Shown one piece after another: positions 1 through 6,596 of a stretch of 14,602 nucleotides of DNA. The stretch's first letter is position 1. Every line of letters starts with the position of its first letter. The stretch is taken from the IMG/VR virus record IMGVR_UViG_2908567220_000007; one strand, 5' to 3'. The notes beneath the pieces were generated by a model. The model was not told the origin of the DNA. It was given only the letters and a program-made list of their open reading frames with translations, and ran no database searches. A program made the position numbers and the translations under genes. This DNA is from a virus (lineage: Duplodnaviria > Heunggongvirae > Uroviricota > Caudoviricetes).

Positions 1-303
1 TTACTTCCTGCGTTTATCCTGCTTTGTATGCCCGTGCTGAATGCCCCGCAGTGGATCTTCTTTTTTCAGGTCGATCCCCATGTCCGTTAGTGTTTTTGTG
101 GCGGCGGTTCTTATGGCACAAATCAGGTCTCTTTCCGGTTCCCGGGTTATGGTTGCCTTCCGGATGCATGCCGTTCGTCGTTCCGTTACATACTGACGCG
201 CTTCATCACTTGCCGCCTGTTTCAGTAACTCACCCCAGCGATTAGCCGCCCGTCGCCATAAACCTTTCGCTTCCAGTTCTTCCGCTTTGTCATCATGCAC
301 CAT
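1..303 (-). CDS. PerC-family-like small transcriptional regulator (paralog of 4278..4565)
   Basis: ORF track gives 1..372; the probable start is the internal Met at 301..303 (MVHDDKAEELEAKGLWRRAANRW...), which aligns with the start of the paralog at 4278..4565 (MIRDSKAEELEAKGLYRRAAARW...RRAECIRRA) and has a GGGA motif upstream. Family assignment rests on recalled PerC/Pch motifs, not a search. Stop codon is at window position 1..3. Confidence 0.55.
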   Translation of the reverse strand: MVHDDKAEELEAKGLWRRAANRWGELLKQAASDEARQYVTERRTACIRKATITREPERDLICAIRTAATKTLTDMGIDLKKEDPLRGIQHGHTKQDKRRK

Positions 304-417
304 AAGCATAATCCCATTGATACCTGTTAAATCTGAATGGTTGGTTTCTGTTCTTTTGATAATTTTCCGCATAGCTTATTGTATGACAGTACTGTCCCAC
401 AATAAGGAGTTGCACGC

Positions 418-708
418 ATGAGAATGACCAGGCACAAAAAACAGATCCTTGAACTCTACAAACCTGAGTATCGCGATTGGGTGCGGGTGGAGGCTGGAGA
501 TCCACCTTTTGATGTTCGTGGTGTTACAGTGCTGCTCTATGGTTCCGAATATCAGCGATATCACATAGAGGCAACACGAAGGACGCTAAACGCTATGGTT
601 CGTGATAAGTTGCTGGAGCGTGTGAAAGTCCGTGAGCCACGTTTTGATGTGCGTATTGGTGGCGATGGTGCGCATTGCACGGTAATCCGCTATGGCCTGG
701 TAAGGTAA
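418..708 (+). CDS. hypothetical protein
   Basis: 96-aa ORF with a strong Shine-Dalgarno (AAGGAG, about 8 nt upstream of ATG at 418); plausible codon usage; no recognisable family. Confidence 0.55.
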   Translation: MRMTRHKKQILELYKPEYRDWVRVEAGDPPFDVRGVTVLLYGSEYQRYHIEATRRTLNAMVRDKLLERVKVREPRFDVRIGGDGAHCTVIRYGLVR

Positions 709-810
709 GCCATCGGGTAAATCAGATGATTAAATCACCAGAATGTAAATTTACATTCTGCCAGCCACCAGCTACCCTCCTCAAAATTGAGGAGCCTTTT
801 TATCAACTGG

Positions 811-1101
811 TTACCGCCGTAACCGCTCCGGCTTCTTCCACTGGTAAGTCTTTTTCTCGCTCTCCCGGTACATCTGCACGCGGCGACGGTAGGCCAATAA
901 CTCGAGTACCCTGGTGCGTATGTCGCGCATATCCACTCCGTTAAGCTCAATACCGTCACGGCGCATCACCTCAGCCACCACACGCGCATAGTTCTCAGCG
1001 ATAACGCTGTCCGGCTGCGTGGCCTCCTGTTTGCCTGCTGGTGGTCTGATCCCGGCAATCTGGCGAATCATTTTGAGCATTTCGGCTTCGGTCATTGTCA
1101 T
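811..1101 (-). CDS. hypothetical protein
   Basis: Track ORF is 811..1125; GGAGG lies 2 nt before the ATG at 1101 and 8 nt before the ATG at 1095, so the start is probably 1095 or 1101 (MTMTEAEMLKMIRQIAG...). Convergent with 418..708. No family recognised. Confidence 0.5.
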   Translation of the reverse strand: MTMTEAEMLKMIRQIAGIRPPAGKQEATQPDSVIAENYARVVAEVMRRDGIELNGVDMRDIRTRVLELLAYRRRVQMYRESEKKTYQWKKPERLRR

Positions 1102-1384
1102 GGCCTCCAGAGGATGGGGAAACAATGCCGTAATTGTGGCGACTGATAACGGGAAGGTGAAGCGCGTTTAAGCTGGTGGATGTGGTGCCATGTTTCCCAC
1201 CAATGGTGGAAAAGCCCACCAGCGCAACGCAGGACGCATAAAACCATTGCGATGACTCATGACAGGGGGATAACCACAAAAACAACGTCAGCGGCGCGAT
1301 TCTGGCTGTTCCTGTCCGGGATGTGCATACGTATTACGTACGCAGTTAATCCGGCATAACGCATGACGTTGATGAAACGCCCCG

Positions 1385-1470
1385 ATCATCGCGGGTCCTC
1401 CTGGATGGGTACCCTTACCGCGGGGCGACGGACGCGCGGAAAAAGGCTGGTTTTTGCATTTTCATGGCGG
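1385..1470 (+). other. cos-like site copy A (cosQ-like CGGGTCCTCCTGG, cosN-like GGGCGACGGACG at 1423..1434)
   Basis: Alignable to the lambda cosQ/cosN junction and to the in-window cos at 2425; a 35-bp stretch (ccttaccgcggggcgacggacgcgcggaaaaaggct) is identical to the reverse complement of 4113..4147 (copy B). Confidence 0.5.
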
Positions 1471-1864
1471 CGGCAGCATGTGTGGTAATATATTGATAAT
1501 TAAAAGTTATTTCTGTTTTCACCTGTACAATCTTTTTTCTCCCCTGTCATTAGACCAGTTCGCAATCAATTGAAATATATAAATAAATCTGATTTTCACC
1601 TGCCAGATGGAGTTGCCAGTGTCAAATGTGAGCGGAAGCGGTGATGCTTATCACTGAATCATGCCGCATCACGATACCAGACTCCCGGTACCGCTGCGTG
1701 ATAACCCACAAGGCTGGTGGCGATGCGTTATGGTCCGTGCATTGCCATTCTCCTGGCCTGGTGGCATTATCCGGCATGAACGAGCGGTTATTCTCCGTAC
1801 TCTTAATCGTTGTTCATGGTTATTTTCTTTGTGGTAGCTGACTTCTTGATGTCCTTATCCTCCT

Positions 1865-1890
1865 GCCCCGTAATCACGGGGTATTTTTTT
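1865..1890 (+). terminator. putative rho-independent terminator
   Basis: Hairpin GCCCCGT-aatc-ACGGGGT followed by ATTTTTTT on the plus strand; no convincing upstream gene, so it may end a non-coding or short-peptide transcript. Confidence 0.4.
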
Positions 1891-2424
1891 ATCTGTGATT
1901 TGCTGTTCTTCGCTGTGTTGGTATGGGGAGTTCTGGCAATGGTTCAGGCCGTCGCTTTCCTGGTACGTGATTTTTTACGTTCATTATTGTGCTGGTGGCA
2001 GCGTCACGGTGTGTCACGACATATCACCATCACGTCACGCTGATTGCGAAAGCCAGGATTAACCAGTACCGGAACGGGTAGCCCGGTGTATTGTTACCGT
2101 CCTGCCTGCTGGTGGAGTAATTGATAACGGTTATCATCAACGGGAGGGGCGGATCAAATCCCTGCAGTCCTGGCTGTCCGGGACCGCCCGCCTACCCTTG
2201 TTCACATCGCCGCAGGTTCGAAAACTTTTTTTTTGGGAAGGTGTGCACAGACTTGATAGGTAAAACCTATCAGGTAAAGCCACGTCAAACCCGCGCCATT
2301 GCTGGCATCGTTAAAAAAACTCACTCCACCAGCAGGCTAAAAAACTGTGATTTTTCCAGCTTTTGGGGCTCAAAAAGGGCTCCCTAAAAAAACTCTCACA
2401 CTGTCGGAGGGGGCGGGAAATTTT

Positions 2425-2640
2425 CACGGGTCCTTTCCGGGATCTGAAACACCGCGGGGCGGTAGACGCGCAGGATTTCACTATTTATGAAAATTTTTCA
2501 GGGGAAAAGCGTGTCGGTACTTCTCGCGCATAACTGTTTGTTTTTATTAAAATCAACCACCAGAAACATACGACATCATAAAGCCAAAAAATCCTGTTTT
2601 TTTGGCGTTTCATGTCGGAGGTGGTTTTTGATAATAAATT
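2425..2640 (+). other. lambda-like cos site (cos1): cosQ-like 2427..2440, cosN-like GGGCGGTAGACG 2457..2468, cosB-like region downstream
   Basis: ttcacgggtcctttccgggatctgaaacaccgcg|gggcggtagacg|cgcaggatttcactatttatgaaaattttt closely matches the lambda right-end/left-end junction as I recall it (TTTACGGGTCCTTTCCGGTGATCCGACAGGTTACG|GGGCGGCGACCT|CGCGGGTTTTCGCTATTTATGAAAATTTTCC). Confidence 0.7.
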
Positions 2641-2759
2641 GGTGGATTAATGTTAATAAAAATGTTTTTACTACCTGATGGAAACAACCGGAAACGTGCC
2701 GGAGAAATTACGGCAACAGAAAGGTGAGTGACAGCCGCGCAATTATTGAACAAAACTGA

Positions 2760-2952
2760 GAAAGGATCTGATAACGTCATTTTTGGCCCAAAATGCCTAC
2801 TGTCAGATCCTTTCTTTTTTTGATGATTTTACGATTAAACAATGAGTTACAGAGAAGAAGAACGGATCTGACTTTTCCCGAAAAATTTTCATAAACAGTT
2901 AAGAATTGCGCGTACCCGTACCCCCGGCGCTTAAGGTTCCGGGAAGGACCCG
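2760..2952 (-). other. second lambda-like cos site (cos4), inverted; cosQ-like 2939..2952, divergent cosN-like around 2911..2925, cosB-like region including an inverted repeat at 2760..2821
   Basis: Minus strand reads cgggtccttcccgg...gggggtacgggtacg cgcaattcttaactgtttatgaaaatttttcgggaaaagtcagatccgttcttcttc, matching lambda cosB (TTTATGAAAATTTTCCGG...CCGTTCTTCTTCG). The inverted repeat GAAAGGATCTGA...TCAGATCCTTTC resembles the lambda inverted repeat AAAGGAAACGACAG...CTGTCGTTTCCTTTC. Confidence 0.6.
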
Positions 2953-3067
2953 CCGGAGATAGCTACCATAAGGCGTAATTAAATATCCGTGGATGTGCCA
3001 CGGAACAACCAGCTGAATACAGGTCAGCGTGATGACGGGAAATAAAGAGAATGGTTGCGAATCCTCC

Positions 3068-3092
3068 ACCTGGTGAATCTCCTGCACTACCT
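3068..3092. repeat. 25-bp direct repeat (copy 1) of the 3' end of the Nu1-like gene
   Basis: cctggtgaatctcctgcactacctg is identical at 3068..3092 and 3445..3469; the second copy encodes the C-terminus QVVQEIHQGE of the 3437..3985 ORF. Confidence 0.85.
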
Positions 3093-3436
3093 GTCATTTT
3101 TGCGCAAATACCCCTGGCATTTCTAAGCATGATCAACCTGATCATTGTTCGCGGTTTTTACGTGGCAAGGCCAGTAATTACGGGGCTTACATCAATGTTT
3201 ATTCCGCCCATCTCTGCGCAAAACAACTTAACAAACCTTAACATCACAGGCGGAACCATTGCGCAAATCTGGAGGCTTACCGCACGCACCAGCCTGATAC
3301 ATTGCCAGAATGAACGAGGTGCGACACAATGTGTGTGCATGTCTTACTCATTGAACCTCAATCAAGGCGCATCCTTAGCGGTGCGCTTTTATTTTTTTGT
3401 CGTTCCCTGCTGGTGGATGTTTTCCGGTACCGCGAA

Positions 3437-3985
3437 TTATTCCCCCTGGTGAATCTCCTGCACTACCTGCGGCGTGCTGTCGTGCCAGTCGTTAGCCTGT
3501 ATCACTCTGGTAGTAATTTGCCTGCACAGGTCATCAATAATCTGCCTGACGCGGTTTACTGCGTTCTGATTGATGCCTGCATCGTGCGCCAGAATGTCGG
3601 GGAGTTTTGCCAGTTCCTCGCTTAAGATTTTCCCAAAAATAACCAACTCCCTGCGCACATCCACGGCGGGGATAAGTTCAGCCGTTTCCTGCTCGAACTT
3701 AAGGCGCTCACGCTCAGACTGGTACCAGGCTTTACGGCTTTGTGGATCCATGTCTTCGAGTGATGCGGGGGCGGGTATATTCATGAATGCGCTGATTATA
3801 TCCGTCAGTCGGTACAGCTTTAATTTTTCATGCCCTCCGGCTGGCTGAATGTCCTTTAGCCTTTTCGCTACTGTCTGGCGGCAAACTCCCGCCAGTTCTG
3901 CGAGTTGATTGATATTAAGTTTCAGGTTTTTAAGCTCCCGATCCATTCGTCCTCCGGTAGTTTTAAATGCGTATCGTGCGCTCAT
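3437..3985 (-). CDS. Nu1-like terminase small subunit / packaging-redirection protein (N-terminal HTH)
   Basis: 182-aa ORF; N-terminal NINQLAELAGVCRQTVAKRL...KLYRLTDIISAF resembles the lambda Nu1 HTH (NKKQLADIFGASIRTIQNW...VLYDSAAVIKWY). Sits about 150-190 bp downstream of cos copy B, as Nu1 does after lambda cos. An internal Met at 3944..3946 with GGAGGA upstream is an alternative start. Confidence 0.55.
   Translation of the reverse strand: MSARYAFKTTGGRMDRELKNLKLNINQLAELAGVCRQTVAKRLKDIQPAGGHEKLKLYRLTDIISAFMNIPAPASLEDMDPQSRKAWYQSERERLKFEQETAELIPAVDVRRELVIFGKILSEELAKLPDILAHDAGINQNAVNRVRQIIDDLCRQITTRVIQANDWHDSTPQVVQEIHQGE
3445..3469. repeat. 25-bp direct repeat (copy 2), overlapping the 3' end of the Nu1-like gene
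   Basis: Exact match to 3068..3092, 377 bp apart. Confidence 0.85.
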
Positions 3986-4100
3986 CTTTCAGTGGGTTAA
4001 AAGTGTTCTGTATGTTGAACAAAAAACACCCCAAATTAACATAGTAAAAATATATTTCATTTTAATTCAACATGTTGGAAAGATGATGATGACGGATGAA
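3986..4100 (-). promoter_or_regulatory. AT-rich cosB-like / promoter region upstream of the Nu1-like gene, with inverted TGTTGAA/TTCAACA sites
   Basis: atgttgaac at 4005..4013 and ttcaacatgttg at 4059..4070 form inverted copies about 50 bp apart in an AT-rich stretch, similar in layout to R elements flanking an IHF site in lambda cosB. Confidence 0.4.
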
Positions 4101-4185
4101 AATGTAAAAATTAGCCTTTTTCCGCGCGTCCGTCGCCCCGCGGTAAGGCCACCCCTCCGGAAGGACCCGTAAAAAAAGCCGGAGT
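4100..4185 (-). other. cos-like site copy B (cosQ-like 4157..4170, cosN-like 4127..4138 on the minus strand)
   Basis: Minus strand reads tttacgggtccttccggaggggtggccttaccgcg|gggcgacggacg|cgcggaaaaaggct, matching the lambda cosQ/cosN junction and near-identical to copy A at 1391..1448. Confidence 0.55.
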
Positions 4186-4194
4186 GTTCCGGCT
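4171..4194 (-). terminator. putative rho-independent terminator after the PerC-like gene
   Basis: Minus-strand hairpin AGCCGGA-acac-TCCGGCT followed by TTTTTTT (plus-strand A-run 4171..4177). Confidence 0.5.
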
Positions 4195-4277
4195 TCGTCT
4201 GTGTATGTGCGCATATGCAGGATTTTATGTTATCCGCCCACGGGAGTGATGGTCATTTTTCAGGATAATATCCGGCA

Positions 4278-4565
4278 TCACTGGTTACCGCCAGGCTGCT
4301 TCGGGTAGTTCCGCCAGACGGATTTACCCGCGTCTTCCATCCCCATCACCGCATGAGTGCGGTTTACAGCCTCTTTCAGTGCCCCGAAGTTATCCGCCAT
4401 AACGGGTGGGCGTGCTGCCCTGCGGATGCATTCCGCGCGACGCTTTGCCACCTGTTCGCGCTCCTTATCGGTGTTCACCAGCTGCATGACCTCAGCCCAC
4501 CGCGCCGCCGCTCTCCGGTACAGGCCTTTAGCCTCCAGTTCTTCCGCTTTGCTGTCACGAATCAT
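4278..4565 (-). CDS. PerC-family-like small transcriptional regulator
   Basis: 95-aa ORF MIRDSKAEELEAKGLYRRAAARWAEVM...RRAECIRRA, paralogous to 1..303; start overlaps the stop of the upstream ORF by 4 nt. Confidence 0.55.
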   Translation of the reverse strand: MIRDSKAEELEAKGLYRRAAARWAEVMQLVNTDKEREQVAKRRAECIRRAARPPVMADNFGALKEAVNRTHAVMGMEDAGKSVWRNYPKQPGGNQ

Positions 4566-5098
4566 GCGCCTGTCTTCTCCTTTGTCGCCTGACGTTTGCG
4601 CTTTTCATTCAGTGCTGCCAGCCGCGTTTCTGCCTCCTGCTGTTCCTGTGGTGTCACTTCCCCACATGGCTGGCCTTTCAGGTCGTAACGTGTGCCACCA
4701 GCCATTAAGGCGCGGTAATAGCGCGGAGACTGCGCATAAGATGCCAGCGTCGCACGTAATGCCCCCGGCCCGAATGTCAGCCCCCTGGCGGCGATATCCT
4801 GTATCAGGTCGTCGAATATCCCCACCTTAAGCGGCTTCGGTGCTTTATGGCTGAATAAGTCAGGCCACATCTCAGTGAGGCGGTTAACGCGTCGGCGGTT
4901 TTTGCGCTGCCTTTTGGTCATATGCTGACACGGTGTCGCCCCTGCGGTCTTCTGTTTGCGGCTCTGCTGTGCGTTCTGATTATCGGGTATCACTTTATGC
5001 GCCGATGTGGTTTTATCCTGCTCTTGTGCCGCCTGCGTCGTTTTCTGCGGCGTGCCGTAAATGCCTTTCGGTTTTCGGTTAATGGTCAGCTTTGTCAT
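4562..5098 (-). CDS. ProQ/FinO-domain protein (putative RNA chaperone)
   Basis: 178 aa; PLKVGIFDDLIQDIAARG...LRATLASYAQSPRYYRAL...GTRYDLKGQPCGEVTPQEQQEAE resembles the ProQ N-terminal FinO domain (PLKIGIFQDL...LRSALRLYTSSWRYL...[23 protein letters not shown], recalled). Basic, low-complexity N-terminus. SD AGGGGA upstream. Confidence 0.7.
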   Translation of the reverse strand: MTKLTINRKPKGIYGTPQKTTQAAQEQDKTTSAHKVIPDNQNAQQSRKQKTAGATPCQHMTKRQRKNRRRVNRLTEMWPDLFSHKAPKPLKVGIFDDLIQDIAARGLTFGPGALRATLASYAQSPRYYRALMAGGTRYDLKGQPCGEVTPQEQQEAETRLAALNEKRKRQATKEKTGA

Positions 5099-5134
5099 GC
5101 CTTCCCCTGTAATTACGCTGTTCGCTGTTGTGAA

Positions 5135-5560
5135 TTAAAACGGTATGTTATCCCCGTACGGGTCATCGTGCTGGCTTGTCTGTTGTTTTGCCCTGTTCAG
5201 TGCGTCAGTGGCCTGGCCCTGTTGACCTTTTTTGCCGCCCGGTCGCGCCGTTCGCGCACTGATTACGCTGTCTGCAATAACCTGCCAGCCCTGCCGCGTT
5301 TCCCCGTTCTGGCCTGTCCACTGGCTTACCTGCATGTTACCCGCCACGCTCACCAGTTCGCCTTTCTGGTGCCTGGCCAGTGCGTCGGCCTGTCTGCCAA
5401 ACGCCAGGACGGATAACCACATCGTCGCCGTTCCGTCATCTGCCTGGCTGCACGGCAGGGGAACCGCCATACTCGCCATCGCCATTTGTGTCCCTTTGCT
5501 GGTGGTCTTTAACTGCGGGTCAGCCACCAGCCGCCCGTAAGCCGCTATCTGTGCTGTCAT
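5135..5560 (-). CDS. ssb: single-stranded DNA-binding protein (SSB-like)
   Basis: 141 aa; OB-fold-like N-terminal region (AAYGRLVADPQLKTT...GTATMWLSVLAFGRQADALARHQKGELVSVAGNMQVSQWTGQNGETRQGWQVIADSV), Gly/Gln-rich linker and a C-terminal DDPYGDNIPF resembling the canonical SSB DDDIPF tip. ATGA overlap with the upstream ORF. Confidence 0.7.
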   Translation of the reverse strand: MTAQIAAYGRLVADPQLKTTSKGTQMAMASMAVPLPCSQADDGTATMWLSVLAFGRQADALARHQKGELVSVAGNMQVSQWTGQNGETRQGWQVIADSVISARTARPGGKKGQQGQATDALNRAKQQTSQHDDPYGDNIPF

Positions 5561-6330
5561 GCTGTATGTTCTCCGTTTTTTACTGGCCCTGTCATCAGTG
5601 CGCGCTTAAGCTGCTTGTGTGAGATATTAAACAGGCAGTTCATTCTTCCCGTTCGCTTCATCCGATAACCCGATGCGACCATTGCGGCGATTAATGCGCC
5701 GTTTGTGATGTATGTCGGCTCTGTTGGTTGCCCGTCGCCCTTAGCTCTTCTCTGATTCACACGCTCAACACAATGTTTCAGGCCGTAGGATGTCGGATTT
5801 TTTCCAGGGAATGATGCAATCTTACAGTCGGTTAGGTTGTTCTCCCTTATCCAGCGTAAACAGCTCATCGCCTCCGCCATGAAGGGCGCATAATCAAGCG
5901 GGTGCTGCCATGCCTTATCACGGCTGTACAGTTCAAGTCCGTCGCGGTTAAAAAACGGGTAAGCGGCAAGAATTACCGTTACTGCGTGTTTAATTTCCAC
6001 CTCATCATTCTGTCGCTCTTTTTCTGTTCCGTACGGATAATAATCAGAACCGCCCGGATTGATGCACTGTTTACCACTGAAAGGCCATTGCTTCGCCATT
6101 TCGGGGGTTGAGTGATTACCGTCGCTCCGTTCTCGTTGTGCCTCTGTCCACTGGCTGGCGTATTCCGTAAAACTCACCGCCTTACTCTGTCGCATCCAGT
6201 GCGCAATCATGACCAGCGTTCTGGTAAGGCTCTGTATATCTCCGTGCTTCTCACACTGTCCCGCAAAGGCCTTGAGCGCTTCGCGTTCTTTGTAGTTCAT
6301 ACCCTGACGGGTCATATTTTCTTTATTCAT
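5557..6330 (-). CDS. hypothetical protein, replication-module associated
   Basis: 257-aa ORF immediately downstream of the iteron array and translationally coupled to the SSB-like gene; no family recognised by eye. Confidence 0.55.
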   Translation of the reverse strand: MNKENMTRQGMNYKEREALKAFAGQCEKHGDIQSLTRTLVMIAHWMRQSKAVSFTEYASQWTEAQRERSDGNHSTPEMAKQWPFSGKQCINPGGSDYYPYGTEKERQNDEVEIKHAVTVILAAYPFFNRDGLELYSRDKAWQHPLDYAPFMAEAMSCLRWIRENNLTDCKIASFPGKNPTSYGLKHCVERVNQRRAKGDGQPTEPTYITNGALIAAMVASGYRMKRTGRMNCLFNISHKQLKRALMTGPVKNGEHTA

Positions 6331-6511
6331 TCCCCACTACTCCCCGCTTTTGTTCCCCACTTTTTAAATTTCCCACTTGCTTCCCACCTCGTTTTTTGGG
6401 TGAGTCTAATACTTTGTTTTTCATTGTATTTTTTACTCCCCACTTTTTTGGATGTATACAGGCCGGAAAGTGGGGAATAGCGTTTCAATTTTGTTAAATT
6501 CCCCGCTATCC
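6331..6511. repeat. iteron-like repeat array (putative replication origin), left part
   Basis: Eight copies of TCCCCACT-like heptamers (CCCCACT, CCCCGCT, TCCCACT, TCCCACC) at about 6332, 6342, 6355, 6371, 6382, 6438, 6501 plus an inverted copy GTGGGGA at 6470, around an AT-rich spacer (6391..6435). Confidence 0.5.
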
Positions 6512-6596
6512 GTAACCGTCTCATTTAAACCGTCTTTCGCCTCCCTTTCCTGTTTCCGATACTAATGTCCATTTTCGCAGTAAAGGGACATTTAAG

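Noticed and set aside
1641-1841. 66-aa plus-strand ORF in the non-coding stretch after cos copy A
   Set aside because: No Shine-Dalgarno and poor composition; retained only as part of the finding about a possible transcript ending at the 1865..1890 terminator.
2190-2240. tRNA-like 3' end (gcaggttcgaaaac) that could have marked an att site
   Set aside because: Does not match a T-arm (GGTTCGAATCC-type) with acceptor stem and CCA; no cloverleaf can be drawn. Probably part of the sequence upstream of cos1.
2760-2821. Hairpin GAAAGGATCTGA...TCAGATCCTTTC followed by a T-run, first read as a rho-independent terminator or sRNA 3' end
   Set aside because: Its position about 100 bp from the cos4 cosN and its resemblance to the lambda cosB inverted repeat make a cosB element more likely than a terminator; the 28-nt loop is also atypical for an intrinsic terminator.
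3051-3452. 133-aa plus-strand ORF between the two 25-bp repeats
   Set aside because: No ribosome-binding site, implausible composition, and overlaps the repeat/motif region and the 3' end of the Nu1-like gene on the other strand.
4353-5622. Plus-strand ORFs 4357..4830, 4922..5416, 5232..5540 and 5380..5622
   Set aside because: All lie antisense to the better-supported, translationally coupled minus-strand genes (PerC-like, ProQ/FinO-like, SSB-like) and have Arg/Ala/Ser-rich antisense-type translations.
6112-6480. 122-aa plus-strand ORF across the iteron array
   Set aside because: Translation is dominated by the repeat sequence (Phe/Leu/Pro-rich), lies antisense to the 5' end of the 257-aa gene and has no Shine-Dalgarno; an artefact of the repeats.
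6331-6511. Possible CRISPR array, given short direct repeats
   Set aside because: Repeat units are only 7-8 bp with irregular short spacers and no cas genes; this is an iteron-type pattern, not CRISPR.
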